A stretch of DNA of 64,000 nucleotides, taken from NCBI GenBank assembly GCA_902604715.1, contig CACLAD010000002.1, forward strand, positions 8,963 through 72,962, read 5' to 3'. Source of the DNA: an uncultured Bacteroidota bacterium (GTDB lineage: Bacteria > Bacteroidota > Bacteroidia > Flavobacteriales > Flavobacteriaceae). Under the pieces are notes generated by a model. It had not been told where the DNA came from and did no database searches. It saw nothing but the letters and a program-made list of their open reading frames with translations. Each line of letters starts with the position of its first letter. The stretch's first letter is position 1. The position numbers and the translations under genes were made by a program. Shown piece by piece: positions 8,354 through 18,445 of the stretch.

Positions 8354-10444
8354 ATGGTAAATAATTTATCTAAAATTTTCGCTGTAGTTTTTATTTTAAT
8401 TTCATGCAATAATGATATGAAAAAACAAAATAATTTAAAAAATGAAACTAGTCCATACCTACTCCAACATATAGAGAATCCTGTAAATTGGAATCCATGG
8501 AATAAAAAATATTTAAATAAAGCAAAAAAGGAAAATAAATTAGTTATTGTAAGTATAGGTTATGCTTCTTGTCATTGGTGTCATGTAATGGAAAGGGAAA
8601 GCTTCCAAGATTCAACGGTTGCTAAACTAATGAATGATAAATTCATTTCAATAAAAGTTGACAGAGAAGAAAGACCAGATATTGATCAGGTATATATGAA
8701 TGCTATTCAACTGATTACTGGTAGTGGTGGTTGGCCATTAAATGTAATAACACTTCCTGATGGTAGGCCAATCTGGGGTGGTACGTATTTTTCAAAAGAT
8801 CAATGGACCTCGGCTTTAAAGCAAATATCAGAAATATATGAAGCTGAGCCAGAGAAATTTATGTCCTATGCTGACAGAGTTCAGGAAGGAATTAATGCAA
8901 TCAATATAGTTGAATCTAAGAGAGATAGCTTTGAAAATATTGATCTTGAAAAGTATTCAGAATTATTGCTAAAAAATATTGACAATGAGTTTGGAGGGTT
9001 TAAAGGTGCTCCAAAATTTATGATGCCAAATAATCTAAAGTATTTATTAAGATATAGTTTTCAAGAAAGTAATGAAAATTCTAAAAATAAAATTTTAAGC
9101 ACTCTTGATAAGATGGCATATGGTGGAATATATGATCATATCGAAGGTGGTTTTTCAAGGTACTCTACAGATGAAAGGTGGCATATCCCACATTTTGAAA
9201 AAATGTTATATGATAACGGTCAACTAATGAGTCTTTATTCTATTGCATATCAAATCTCAGGTAAGAATTTATATAAAGAGACAGTTTATAAAGTTCATGA
9301 ATATATTAGCTCAGAGATGAAAGATATTTCAGGTGGATATTATTCATCTTTAGATGCAGATAGTAAGCTAGAAGATGGGAGTTATGCAGAAGGAGAATAT
9401 TATTTATGGGAAAAAGACGAGCTTGAAGAGTTAATAGGAAATGATTTTGATTTATTTTCAAAATACTATAATGTAAACGAATATGGATTTTGGGAAGCAG
9501 AAAATAAATACGTTTTGATAAGAAGTATCTCTGACATCGAATTTATAAATAACAATAATCTTGAAAAACAATTATTTTATAAAAAGAAATCTGAATGGAT
9601 AAATAAACTTAAAAAGGCTAGGAAAAATAAGAAGAAACCTAGTCTTGATTATAAAATAATTACATCATGGAATGGCCTAATGATAAGTGGTTATGTTGAT
9701 GCATACAAATCTTTTAATGACGATATTTTTAAAAATGAAGCCATTGAGGCTGCAGAATTCATATACTCAAGTTTGATAAAAAGAGATGGTGGATTATTTC
9801 ATAATCATGTTAATGGAAAAAGTAAAATAAACGGCTATTTAGAAGACTATGCGACCATAATTCAGGCAAGTCTTGACCTATATGAAATTACATTAAATCA
9901 AATATGGATTGAAAGGGCCTTAGAATTATCTGAATATGTTTTAGATAATTTTTCAGGGATTAATTCTAAATTATTTTACTTCACTTCAAAAGATGATGAA
10001 AATTTGATTTCAAGATCTGTTGAATTTAGAGATAATGTAATCCCTTCAAGTAATTCCATAATGGCAAAAAATTTATTTAGACTATACCACTACTTTGATA
10101 GGCAGGAATACTACGATATAGCTAAAAAAATGTGCCTTTCGGTATCAGAGGAGTTCGAGACATATCCAAGTGGATATACTAATTGGTTTGATTTGATTTA
10201 TAATTTAAAATCAAATTATTACGAATTAGCAATTATAGGGGAGAATTCGATTGATCAGATCAAAAAAATTAATTTAAAATATATACCTAACAAATTAATT
10301 ATAGGTTCAAAATCTGAAAACAACCTTCCTCTTTTAAAAAACAGATATGTTGAAGGGAAAACTTTAATTTATGTATGTGTAAATAAGGCTTGTAAAATGC
10401 CTACTGAAAGCCTTGAGGAAGCAATATCACTAATTAAATATTAA
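8354..10444 (+). CDS. Thioredoxin-domain protein, DUF255/YyaL family (thioredoxin fold plus six-hairpin alpha/alpha domain)
   Basis: 696 aa. CHWCHVME motif in the SPYLLQH...[19 protein letters not shown] context. The N-terminus has a lipoprotein-like ILISC. Confidence 0.85.
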   Translation: MVNNLSKIFAVVFILISCNNDMKKQNNLKNETSPYLLQHIENPVNWNPWNKKYLNKAKKENKLVIVSIGYASCHWCHVMERESFQDSTVAKLMNDKFISIKVDREERPDIDQVYMNAIQLITGSGGWPLNVITLPDGRPIWGGTYFSKDQWTSALKQISEIYEAEPEKFMSYADRVQEGINAINIVESKRDSFENIDLEKYSELLLKNIDNEFGGFKGAPKFMMPNNLKYLLRYSFQESNENSKNKILSTLDKMAYGGIYDHIEGGFSRYSTDERWHIPHFEKMLYDNGQLMSLYSIAYQISGKNLYKETVYKVHEYISSEMKDISGGYYSSLDADSKLEDGSYAEGEYYLWEKDELEELIGNDFDLFSKYYNVNEYGFWEAENKYVLIRSISDIEFINNNNLEKQLFYKKKSEWINKLKKARKNKKKPSLDYKIITSWNGLMISGYVDAYKSFNDDIFKNEAIEAAEFIYSSLIKRDGGLFHNHVNGKSKINGYLEDYATIIQASLDLYEITLNQIWIERALELSEYVLDNFSGINSKLFYFTSKDDENLISRSVEFRDNVIPSSNSIMAKNLFRLYHYFDRQEYYDIAKKMCLSVSEEFETYPSGYTNWFDLIYNLKSNYYELAIIGENSIDQIKKINLKYIPNKLIIGSKSENNLPLLKNRYVEGKTLIYVCVNKACKMPTESLEEAISLIKY

Positions 10445-11117
10445 TCTTTTTACCTCCAAACTCTTTTAAATACTTTGGTTGAAAATCTGAGACATCTTCA
10501 TATTCACTTTTTTTAAACCTCGAAAAGGAAATTATTCCCATTTCATTAGCAGAAGGTAAAATAAAATTTGAATAAATGATGTTTTCGTGATTTAAAAATT
10601 TCTTTATTTTTTCATTACAATTTCCTACAAAATTTACGGTAGACTTTTTGTAATAATCAGAAAATGAATTTGAATTCATAATCATGCAACCGGTTTTACC
10701 AACCTTTTCAGGAGTCATACATTTGTTAGATTTAAATATTGAATAGTAGATTTCGTCTCTTCTTGCATCCATAGCAGAAATTATATAACCTTCAGCACAC
10801 TTTATTTTTCTAGCTAAAATTTGCATTGTATCAATTGCAATTAATGGTAAATTTAATGCCACACAAATCCCTTTTGCAGCAGAAACTCCAATTCTTAATC
10901 CGGTATATGACCCTGGCCCCTCAGAGACAGCAACAGCAGAAAGTTTTTGAGTAGATAAGTTAGTTTCTTTAAATATTTCATTAATAAACACATGGAGAGA
11001 TTTTGAGTGTGAGTATTCATCATAATTTTGCTCCCTCAATCCAATTGTTTTACCATTTTCAGAAATGGAAACTGAACAGTTTTTACTAGATGTTTCAATA
11101 TTTAAAATTACACACAC
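10434..11117 (-). CDS. tsaB: tRNA t6A37 biosynthesis protein TsaB
   Basis: [15 protein letters not shown] and [17 protein letters not shown]. 227 aa, GTG start. The 3' end overlaps the convergent DUF255 gene by 11 nt. Confidence 0.85.
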   Translation of the reverse strand: MCVILNIETSSKNCSVSISENGKTIGLREQNYDEYSHSKSLHVFINEIFKETNLSTQKLSAVAVSEGPGSYTGLRIGVSAAKGICVALNLPLIAIDTMQILARKIKCAEGYIISAMDARRDEIYYSIFKSNKCMTPEKVGKTGCMIMNSNSFSDYYKKSTVNFVGNCNEKIKKFLNHENIIYSNFILPSANEMGIISFSRFKKSEYEDVSDFQPKYLKEFGGKKINI

Positions 11118-11121
11118 AAAA

Positions 11122-12432
11122 TTATCTTTTACCTATATAGTAATCTAAGACTTTTGTTTTGAAAATAAAATCATATTTAGCATTAATCAATGACGACCTG
11201 GCATTTAACAGTCTAATTCTCGATTGCTCCAAATCAAATGAGTTTAAAGAACCCAAACTGAAACGTTGTTGAGAATTTTCAAAAGCTAATTCTTGAGATT
11301 CTAAAGATAATTTAGCGGCCTCAAAAGCCTTAAGCGCAGCCTTAGCATCAGTAAAAGCTCTTTGAATTGTAGATTCAAGATTTACCTTTACCTGATCGAG
11401 TGCAAGACTACTAGTTTCTTCTTGAATTTTAGATTTTTTAACCTGTGCTTTTGTTTGATTTCTGTTAAAAATTGGTATCGAAACATTCATATTTATAGAG
11501 TGACCTTTGTTATCATTTAACTGATCTAAAAATTGATCATCTTCAGTTAGGTTAGAAAAGTTAGCTGATGCACTGAAACCATAACCCATAGACACGTTTG
11601 GCAGGTAGGCACTCTTAGAAATTTTTGTACCCAATTTAGCTAATTCAATATCACTCTCAGCAACTTTAATCTCATTTCTATTTTGCATTGCATAATTAAG
11701 GATTGGAGCAATATCATTATACATTAAATTAGCAGATGGCGTGTCAATTTGAATAACTTCGACATCAAAATTATCATATGATAATTGTAATAATTGTGCC
11801 AATGTCAATAGTGCTAAATCGTGATTATTTTCTGCAATCGTTAAATTTTGAATATCTCTAGCGTAAGTTGCTTGAGTTTCAATTAAAGTTGACATTGGCT
11901 CTGAACCAGCATCAACTAATGTTTTTATCTGTTCAACCTGAAATTTTGAGAAATCAACTTGAGATTTAGCAAGTTCAAGGTTTTCCTTATTGAAAAGAAC
12001 ATTTAAATATGTGTTGGCAACATTTAAAGAAATATCATCCTTTAATCTGTCCAACTCAAACTGATTTCTTTCTAAACTAAGTTTACTTTGATTTAGCAGA
12101 TTAATATTTCTAAAGCCATTAAAAATATTCTGAGAAAACCCAACGCCTAATGATGTTGAATAAAATTCTCTGTCTCTAAATTCGCCTGGAAATACCTCAA
12201 TATTTCCAAGACTAGCACCTCCGCTTATACTTGAACTAACAGCAGGTAAAAAATTCCCTTTTGCACTTACAATGTCTTGCTCTGAAGACAATAAGCTATT
12301 CTTTGCCTGTAAAATAGTTATATTATTTTTCAGGGCATGATTAACACATTCTTCAAGTGTCCATAAACTATTCTGAGCAAAGGACATGCATGTGACCAAA
12401 ATAAAAAAGTTAAAAATTTTAATTTTTTTCAT
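11122..12432 (-). CDS. TolC-family outer membrane efflux protein
   Basis: Signal peptide ...CMSFAQ, LEECVNHALKNN start and a two-repeat helical pattern. 436 aa. Last gene of the efflux operon. Confidence 0.85.
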   Translation of the reverse strand: MKKIKIFNFFILVTCMSFAQNSLWTLEECVNHALKNNITILQAKNSLLSSEQDIVSAKGNFLPAVSSSISGGASLGNIEVFPGEFRDREFYSTSLGVGFSQNIFNGFRNINLLNQSKLSLERNQFELDRLKDDISLNVANTYLNVLFNKENLELAKSQVDFSKFQVEQIKTLVDAGSEPMSTLIETQATYARDIQNLTIAENNHDLALLTLAQLLQLSYDNFDVEVIQIDTPSANLMYNDIAPILNYAMQNRNEIKVAESDIELAKLGTKISKSAYLPNVSMGYGFSASANFSNLTEDDQFLDQLNDNKGHSINMNVSIPIFNRNQTKAQVKKSKIQEETSSLALDQVKVNLESTIQRAFTDAKAALKAFEAAKLSLESQELAFENSQQRFSLGSLNSFDLEQSRIRLLNARSSLINAKYDFIFKTKVLDYYIGKR

Positions 12433-12447
12433 AATTATTGAATAATA

Positions 12448-13599
12448 TTAGTCTTCTAATTCTCTTGAATTCTCATCCATTCTTCTTCTAGCCTCATCCT
12501 CATCTTCATCCTCAACAGAATTCCAAACTTTAATTTTATCTCCTTCTTTTACACCTTTTAAAATCTCAACATTGATTCCATCCGAAATACCTACTTCCAC
12601 CTCTTTTTTAACGAATGATCCATTTTCCTTTAAAATTTCTACAAAAGGCTTATCAGTGATTCTATTAAACTGTAATAGAGACTCGTTAATACATAAAATA
12701 TTTTCTTTTTGTCCTATTGACATAATTGCATTAGCACTGTATCCAGCTCTAACATTAACACTTTCAGGAATTTTAACATCAGCCTTTATTTTAAACTGTA
12801 CTGCTCCTCCAAGTTCAATTCCTTTTGGAGCAACAAATGTCAACTTTGCTTCAAATTCATCCTTTTCGAGTGCACCTAGAATTACTTTAATTGCAGATCC
12901 TTCAGTAAGTTTAGAAACTTCAGTTTCATCAACTTGTCCCTCAAATATCATTTTAGTCATATCAGCAACGGTAGCAATTGTCGTCCCTGGGCTAAATGTG
13001 TTAGTTTCAGTAATTGGACTACCTTCCCTGATTGGAATCTCCAGTATAGTACCTGAAATTTGAGATAAAACATTGGTATTAGCTGTGCTCCCGCCTGTTA
13101 AAGTTCCTTTTTTTATAATCTTAAAATCATTTTCGGCTTGTCTCAAGGATTCTGTGCTTTGTTCCATTGACAATTGACTATTTTCAAAATCTTGCTTAGA
13201 AATAACTCCCTTATCATATAATTTTACACTTCTTTCAAATAGTTTTTTTGCATTATCAAAAGATAATTTTGATGAATTTATCCGGCTGGTTGCACTTAAT
13301 AATGCTTGTTCATTAGGTACCACTCTGATATTTGCAATCAAGTCTCCTCTAACAACAATATCGCCCTCCTCTACAAAAATTTTATCTATGATACCACTTA
13401 CCTGTGGTTTCAATTCAATTTCATCCTCCGGATTTAGTTTACCTGTTGCTACAACTTCTTTTACTATAGAAGTATAAAAAGGCTGCTCGGTTTCATAATC
13501 AATAATTGAAGCCAAATTTGCTTCCTTGAAATAGTTTAACACGTATAATAATGATCCTAAAATTAGGAAAATTACGATATACTTAATTTGATTTTTCAT
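12448..13599 (-). CDS. HlyD/MacA-type periplasmic adaptor subunit
   Basis: N-terminal TM anchor, lipoyl-like hairpin (GKLNPEDEIELKPQVSGIIDKIFVEEGDIV), coiled-coil and beta-barrel regions. Operon context with ABC and TolC genes. Confidence 0.85.
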   Translation of the reverse strand: MKNQIKYIVIFLILGSLLYVLNYFKEANLASIIDYETEQPFYTSIVKEVVATGKLNPEDEIELKPQVSGIIDKIFVEEGDIVVRGDLIANIRVVPNEQALLSATSRINSSKLSFDNAKKLFERSVKLYDKGVISKQDFENSQLSMEQSTESLRQAENDFKIIKKGTLTGGSTANTNVLSQISGTILEIPIREGSPITETNTFSPGTTIATVADMTKMIFEGQVDETEVSKLTEGSAIKVILGALEKDEFEAKLTFVAPKGIELGGAVQFKIKADVKIPESVNVRAGYSANAIMSIGQKENILCINESLLQFNRITDKPFVEILKENGSFVKKEVEVGISDGINVEILKGVKEGDKIKVWNSVEDEDEDEARRRMDENSRELED

Positions 13600-13618
13600 T
13601 TATCTAATATTTAATTTA

Positions 13619-14857
13619 TTATTCCTCTCTAAGGGCATCTATTGGTTTTATACTGGTTGCTCGATTTGCGGGAATTAGACCTATTAGTGTTCCAAAAACC
13701 ACTAAAATAATCACAGAAATAAAAACAACGATAATGGGTACTGATGCATTGATTAAAACTGAATCAGGTCCACTTCCATAAGCCGAATCCATGGCAATTA
13801 AAATCCAACCACCACTAATGATTCCAAAAATTCCTGCTATAATAGTTAAGAAAATTGATTCTATAACAATTTGTCTCTTTATTTCAAAAGGAGTTGCGCC
13901 AATCGCTCTTCTGATGCCTATTTCCTTTGTTCTTTCTTTCACGGTGATTAACAGAATATTTCCAATAGCAAATACACCTGCTATTAACGTTGCTATACCG
14001 ACAAACCAAGTCAAAAACTGCATACCCATTAAAAAACCTTCGAATCTTTCAAATAATTCACCCAAATTAAAACTACCAAAAGCACGGTTATCATCTGGAT
14101 GAACATAGTTTAAATTCTTTAATACAAGTTTTACATCTTTCTCTAATTGCCTGATGTTAAAACCGTCCTCACCTGTAACTGTTATCCACCCAATATTATC
14201 ACCTTGGTTATAAACTTTTTGAAAAGTTGTAAAGGGAATGTGAAGCTGACCTCCAAAATCAAAATCCCCCTGTTCAAAAACACCAACAACTTTATAACTT
14301 ATTTCATTAATTTTTATAAAATCTCCAATTGCCTCTTCATCAGCATCAAATAATTGCTTAACGACATCATCTGAAATAACAGCTATTTTTTTACTTTCAT
14401 TTATATCTGACCGGTTTATAAACCTTCCCGCAATCAAATTCTTTTTTTGAATTTGATCAAGAAGAGGAAAGTCTCCAGACATTGTAAAACTAGCATATTG
14501 AACTCCTCTTACAACCTGAGCATCTCTGGCATTTCTAGGTAATAAAAACTTGATTCCTCTAACCTGATTTTTAATTTTTTCAAGATGAGAAAATTTGAGT
14601 CTTGGGAAACGACCCTCTTGGTATCCTTTGAAAGCCATACTTGTAGATTGACCCCAAATAAAAACACTATTTGTTGCATAATCTCCAAATTGAACACTAA
14701 ACTTATTTTCAATTCCTTTTGCTGAACCTAAAAGGCCTATTAAAAGAAGAATTCCCCACCAAACACCGATCATGGTAATTACTGTTCTTAGCTTATTTTT
14801 TGTTAAACTTTCCTTCAATTCTTGCCAAGTATCTATATCAAATAAAAATCTAAACAT
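13619..14857 (-). CDS. ABC transporter permease, FtsX/MacB type
   Basis: 412 aa. TM1, a large periplasmic domain, then three C-terminal TMs. KERTKEIGIRRAIGA and the terminal SIKPIDALREE. Confidence 0.85.
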   Translation of the reverse strand: MFRFLFDIDTWQELKESLTKNKLRTVITMIGVWWGILLLIGLLGSAKGIENKFSVQFGDYATNSVFIWGQSTSMAFKGYQEGRFPRLKFSHLEKIKNQVRGIKFLLPRNARDAQVVRGVQYASFTMSGDFPLLDQIQKKNLIAGRFINRSDINESKKIAVISDDVVKQLFDADEEAIGDFIKINEISYKVVGVFEQGDFDFGGQLHIPFTTFQKVYNQGDNIGWITVTGEDGFNIRQLEKDVKLVLKNLNYVHPDDNRAFGSFNLGELFERFEGFLMGMQFLTWFVGIATLIAGVFAIGNILLITVKERTKEIGIRRAIGATPFEIKRQIVIESIFLTIIAGIFGIISGGWILIAMDSAYGSGPDSVLINASVPIIVVFISVIILVVFGTLIGLIPANRATSIKPIDALREE

Positions 14858-14858
14858 A

Positions 14859-16091
14859 TTATTCGTCTCTTAATGCTACAATTGGTTTAATACTTGCTGC
14901 TCTATTTGCAGGGACATAAGCAGCAATTAACCCAGCTAAAATTAAGGTTAATGTTGCTCCAATTACTAAAGATGTACTTACTCCTGGGTCTGTAATCCAA
15001 TAGTCTTTCAAATCAAAACTATTTAAAGCCAATCCCCCTAAAACAAGACCAAAATATCCGGAGATAGCAGTTACAAAAACAGATTCTAAAACAATAATTA
15101 ATTTAATAGAGGAAGGCGGCGCACCTAAAGCTTTTCTGATACCTATTTCTTTTGTTCTCTCTTTAACAATAAATATCATAATATTACTAATTCCAACAAC
15201 TCCTGCAACTAATGTCCCCATTCCAATTATTAAAACTAATATTGCTAAAACTCCATTGAATTGAGTAATTTCTTGATTTTCTCTGGCTCTATTTCTGGCT
15301 CTGACGGCAGACTGATCATTTTCAGCAACTGAGAATTCATCTTTTATTTTATCTACTATTTTATTTCCAAATGCAACTGCTTCCTCCTCTGAAAGATTTG
15401 TATTATATGTTAAGTTAATTTGATCGATATAATCATTGTTACCATATATTTTTTGTGCTGTAGAAATAGGCATATAAATAACTCTCGCTTCATTACTGTC
15501 TGAACCTTCTGTTCTTTCAACAAATACACCAATGATCTTAAATTTTATCTTATTTAAATCAAGATATTTTCCAATTGGGTCAATACCTCCAAATAAATCT
15601 TCAACTACAAGGTTTCCGATTACAATATTCTTTGTGTAATTTTTGATATCAAGAGGATTGATAAATCTCCCTTCTTTAATTTCAGACTTCTCAATAAACT
15701 GATGGTCGGGGTTAACAGCTCTGACTGAATAACTACTTTTTTCATTTCCAAAACTCGCGGTTACATTTTTATAAACTCTACCGGTTATAAATTCAATATC
15801 ATCACTAAACTCTTTTTTTATTGTACTATACAATGGATTGTCAAATTGAATTCTTCTTCCGGTTTGATATCCTTTAACAGCTTTTGAAGTACGCCCAGAA
15901 AAAATAAAAATTGAATTGTTCGCATCGCCAGCAAATTCATTATTAAATGTATTTTGAAATCCGTTAGCTATGCCAAATAAAATTGTAAATAGCATTATAG
16001 CAAACGCAACAGTGAATCCGGAAAGAAGTGTTCTGAGTTTATTTTTATTTAAACTTTGAAAAATTTCACTAAACAGACCAATATCTATCAT
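14859..16091 (-). CDS. ABC transporter permease, FtsX/MacB type (paralog of the previous gene)
   Basis: 410 aa with the same architecture. KERTKEIGIRKALGA and SIKPIVALRDE. Confidence 0.85.
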   Translation of the reverse strand: MIDIGLFSEIFQSLNKNKLRTLLSGFTVAFAIMLFTILFGIANGFQNTFNNEFAGDANNSIFIFSGRTSKAVKGYQTGRRIQFDNPLYSTIKKEFSDDIEFITGRVYKNVTASFGNEKSSYSVRAVNPDHQFIEKSEIKEGRFINPLDIKNYTKNIVIGNLVVEDLFGGIDPIGKYLDLNKIKFKIIGVFVERTEGSDSNEARVIYMPISTAQKIYGNNDYIDQINLTYNTNLSEEEAVAFGNKIVDKIKDEFSVAENDQSAVRARNRARENQEITQFNGVLAILVLIIGMGTLVAGVVGISNIMIFIVKERTKEIGIRKALGAPPSSIKLIIVLESVFVTAISGYFGLVLGGLALNSFDLKDYWITDPGVSTSLVIGATLTLILAGLIAAYVPANRAASIKPIVALRDE

Positions 16092-16783
16092 TATACTAAC
16101 CTGTTTTGTTTAATTTTTTTGTCTTCCATAATAACTCCATCTTTTAATCTTACAATTCTTTTACACATCAGTGATATATCTTCTTCATGAGTAACGATTA
16201 AAATAGTTTTTCCTTCATCATTTAATTGTTGTAAAAATTGCATGATTTCTTGTGATGTAGCCGAATCTAATGCACCTGTTGGCTCATCAGCAAGAAGTAA
16301 TTTGGGTTCTGCTGCTAGGGCTCTTGCTATTGCTACTCTCTGCTTTTGACCTCCGGAGAGTTCATTTGGTAAATGGGTTGACCAATCGGCTAAACCTACT
16401 TTTTGAAGATGAAACATGGCTTTCTCTTGTCTTTCCTTTCTCTTTAGACCTTGATAATAGAGTGGTAATGCAACATTTTCTAGAGCATTCTTAAAATTTA
16501 TTAAGTTAAATGACTGAAAAACAAATCCTAAAAATTTATTTCTGTATTGAGCAGCTTTCTTTTCTGTTAAATCCTTTATCTCAATACCATCTAAAGTATA
16601 TTCTCCAGAATCAAGCTCATCTAAAATACCAATGATATTAAGTAATGTTGACTTCCCAGAGCCGGAAGATCCCATAATAGCAACCATCTCACCTTTCTCG
16701 ACATAAAGGTTAATTCCTTTTAAAACATGGAGACTTGAGTCTCCCATTTTATAGGACTTATGGAGCTTGTTTATCTTTAACAT
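16091..16783 (-). CDS. ABC transporter ATP-binding protein (MacB/LolD-like)
   Basis: Walker A GSSGSGKST, signature LSGGQKQR, Walker B LLLADEPTGALD. The track ORF starts at GTG 16807; ATG 16783 (MLKINKLHKSY) fits the family N-terminus. Confidence 0.9.
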   Translation of the reverse strand: MLKINKLHKSYKMGDSSLHVLKGINLYVEKGEMVAIMGSSGSGKSTLLNIIGILDELDSGEYTLDGIEIKDLTEKKAAQYRNKFLGFVFQSFNLINFKNALENVALPLYYQGLKRKERQEKAMFHLQKVGLADWSTHLPNELSGGQKQRVAIARALAAEPKLLLADEPTGALDSATSQEIMQFLQQLNDEGKTILIVTHEEDISLMCKRIVRLKDGVIMEDKKIKQNRLV

Positions 16784-16895
16784 TTTATCTCTAAATTGTG
16801 TAGACACAAAGGTTAATAAAAAGAAGTGTAAATCTTGTTAATTAGTTGTTAAAAGGAAGAAAACTAATGTTAACGTTAGATTTTTGAAAAATGGC

Positions 16896-17114
16896 TTACT
16901 TTTTAAACTTTTTATAAACAAAAAAAATCATAAAAAATACAATCAAGTACGGCAGAAAAGCCAAATACATAATACCATTATTAATACCTTCAGCCATCCC
17001 CTCATTTTCACTACTTTCTAAAACTGCTCTACACATAGCACACTGAGAATAGCTAAGGCTATATGTAAAAAAACAAAAAATTAGTAATAAAAATCTATTC
17101 ATATACTTAGACAT
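16896..17114 (-). CDS. Small exported/membrane protein with a CAMC motif (hypothetical)
   Basis: 72 aa. The alternative ATG at 17102 gives MNRFLLLIF.... Signal-like segment ending YSQ, then CAMCRAV, a short acidic linker, one TM and a KKFKK tail. Last ORF of the oxidase assembly operon. Confidence 0.5.
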   Translation of the reverse strand: MSKYMNRFLLLIFCFFTYSLSYSQCAMCRAVLESSENEGMAEGINNGIMYLAFLPYLIVFFMIFFVYKKFKK

Positions 17115-17709
17115 AATAAGGAGATATCATTATATAAACGATTACTCCTGTTACTGCTACATAGAGCCATATAGGAAATGTAATTTTAGCAATTTTTCTA
17201 TGTCTTCGAAAATCACCAGTAATTGCCCTGATATATGAAAAAAGCACAAAAGGGATAACGGTAATAGAAAGTAAAATATGAGAAATTAAAATAAAGTAAT
17301 ATATATATTTTAAAAGTCCCTCTCCTCCAAATGATGTAGGGTCACTTGTAATATGATAGGCAATATACATTACTAAAAAACATAGAGAAAGAGCTATACA
17401 TATTTTAATCAAATATTCATGAATATTTCTCATACCTTTTTTTATATAATATACAGCTAATACCAAAATAATGGCTGTAATTCCATTTATCGTAGCATAA
17501 ATTGGCGGTAAAAATTTTAAGGGCTTTGCAATAGGTAAATTTTCAATCAAAATAATTGGTTCAAAATTTGGTGATCTTAAATCAAAAACTAGTTTGTCTA
17601 AATCCCATTTTAGGAACAGTAAAAGTGCAACTACTACAGGAACCAAAATAGATACTATGACCGTTAGTCTATTATAAAAGGTTACATTTTCTAAATTTGT
17701 TTTATTCAT
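17107..17709 (-). CDS. DUF420-family membrane protein (oxidase-assembly-associated)
   Basis: 200 aa with about 5 TM helices and a family-typical N-terminus. Sits directly downstream of SCO with an 8-nt overlap. Confidence 0.75.
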   Translation of the reverse strand: MNKTNLENVTFYNRLTVIVSILVPVVVALLLFLKWDLDKLVFDLRSPNFEPIILIENLPIAKPLKFLPPIYATINGITAIILVLAVYYIKKGMRNIHEYLIKICIALSLCFLVMYIAYHITSDPTSFGGEGLLKYIYYFILISHILLSITVIPFVLFSYIRAITGDFRRHRKIAKITFPIWLYVAVTGVIVYIMISPYYV

Positions 17710-18445
17710 TTAATAATTTTAATAAATCTTCTTTAAGGATGGTAATCTCCTCGGCCTCACCATTTAAATCTAACTTCTCCATATGGTTTACCGACCCTTT
17801 ATAATATATTTTAGGATTTCCAAATTCATCATTTCTACATCTTATAAATCCTTGCTTATCAATCAAAGCAAAATATCCAGAATGTTCAAAACCGTCAATA
17901 AAATCAGAGCTTGCAGCAGTGTAAAGATTAAACCCATCGTTTGCCAAATTGTAAATTTCACTTCTATCGCCAGTCATTAAATTCCAATTACTATTAACTA
18001 TACCGTTTTCATTTGCATACTGATTCAAAATATCAACGGTATCATATTCAGGATTAATAGAAAATGATGCAATTCCAAAATCTGAAAATTTAGTAAAGCT
18101 ATTTTGAATATGAATTAGATTTGTATTCATTACTGGGCAAATTGTTGTACAGGTTGTGAAGAAGAATTCGACAATATAAACTTTACCGATATAATCATTA
18201 TTAGAAACAAGTTCTCCATTTTGATTGACAAAATTAAATTCAGGAACTTTCTTTCTTTCATTATTCATTAACAAATAAGGAAGAGGCTCAATATTTTTTT
18301 CAAAATTATCAAGCTTTAAGCTCCTACTCTCACTTCGAGAAATATCATTATTTTTTACTCGATCAATTATTCTTGGTACAAAAACTAAACCAAAAACAAT
18401 GAGTAATATTATTATAAAAATATTTCTCTTATTCATCATTACCAT
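17702..18445 (-). CDS. SCO-family copper chaperone / thiol-disulfide protein
   Basis: N-terminal TM and a thioredoxin fold with CTTICP (CxxxC) in KVYIVEFFFTTCTTICPVM, plus a downstream His (FEHSGYFALID). ATGs at 18445, 18439 and 18436, so the start is ambiguous. Confidence 0.85.
   Translation of the reverse strand: MVMMNKRNIFIIILLIVFGLVFVPRIIDRVKNNDISRSESRSLKLDNFEKNIEPLPYLLMNNERKKVPEFNFVNQNGELVSNNDYIGKVYIVEFFFTTCTTICPVMNTNLIHIQNSFTKFSDFGIASFSINPEYDTVDILNQYANENGIVNSNWNLMTGDRSEIYNLANDGFNLYTAASSDFIDGFEHSGYFALIDKQGFIRCRNDEFGNPKIYYKGSVNHMEKLDLNGEAEEITILKEDLLKLLNE

Noticed and set aside
12572-13063. 163-aa plus-strand ORF inside the HlyD adaptor gene. Similar antisense ORFs occur at 3674-3967, 13791-14102, 16270-16494, 22311-22685, 45813-46094, 48150-48392, 54515-54814, 56027-56362 and 61926-62219.
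   Set aside because: All lie entirely within, and antisense to, well-supported genes. Their translations are low-complexity Ser/Ile/Leu/Pro-rich mirror images of the sense codons, with no recognisable motifs. They are shadow ORFs.
16849-16879. Hairpin CTAATGTTAACGTTAG with flanking T/A runs after the small CxxC ORF, considered as the operon terminator.
   Set aside because: On the relevant (minus) strand the stem is only 4 bp plus a C-A mismatch around a GTTAAC palindrome. It folds better on the plus strand, where there is no gene to terminate. Too weak to call.
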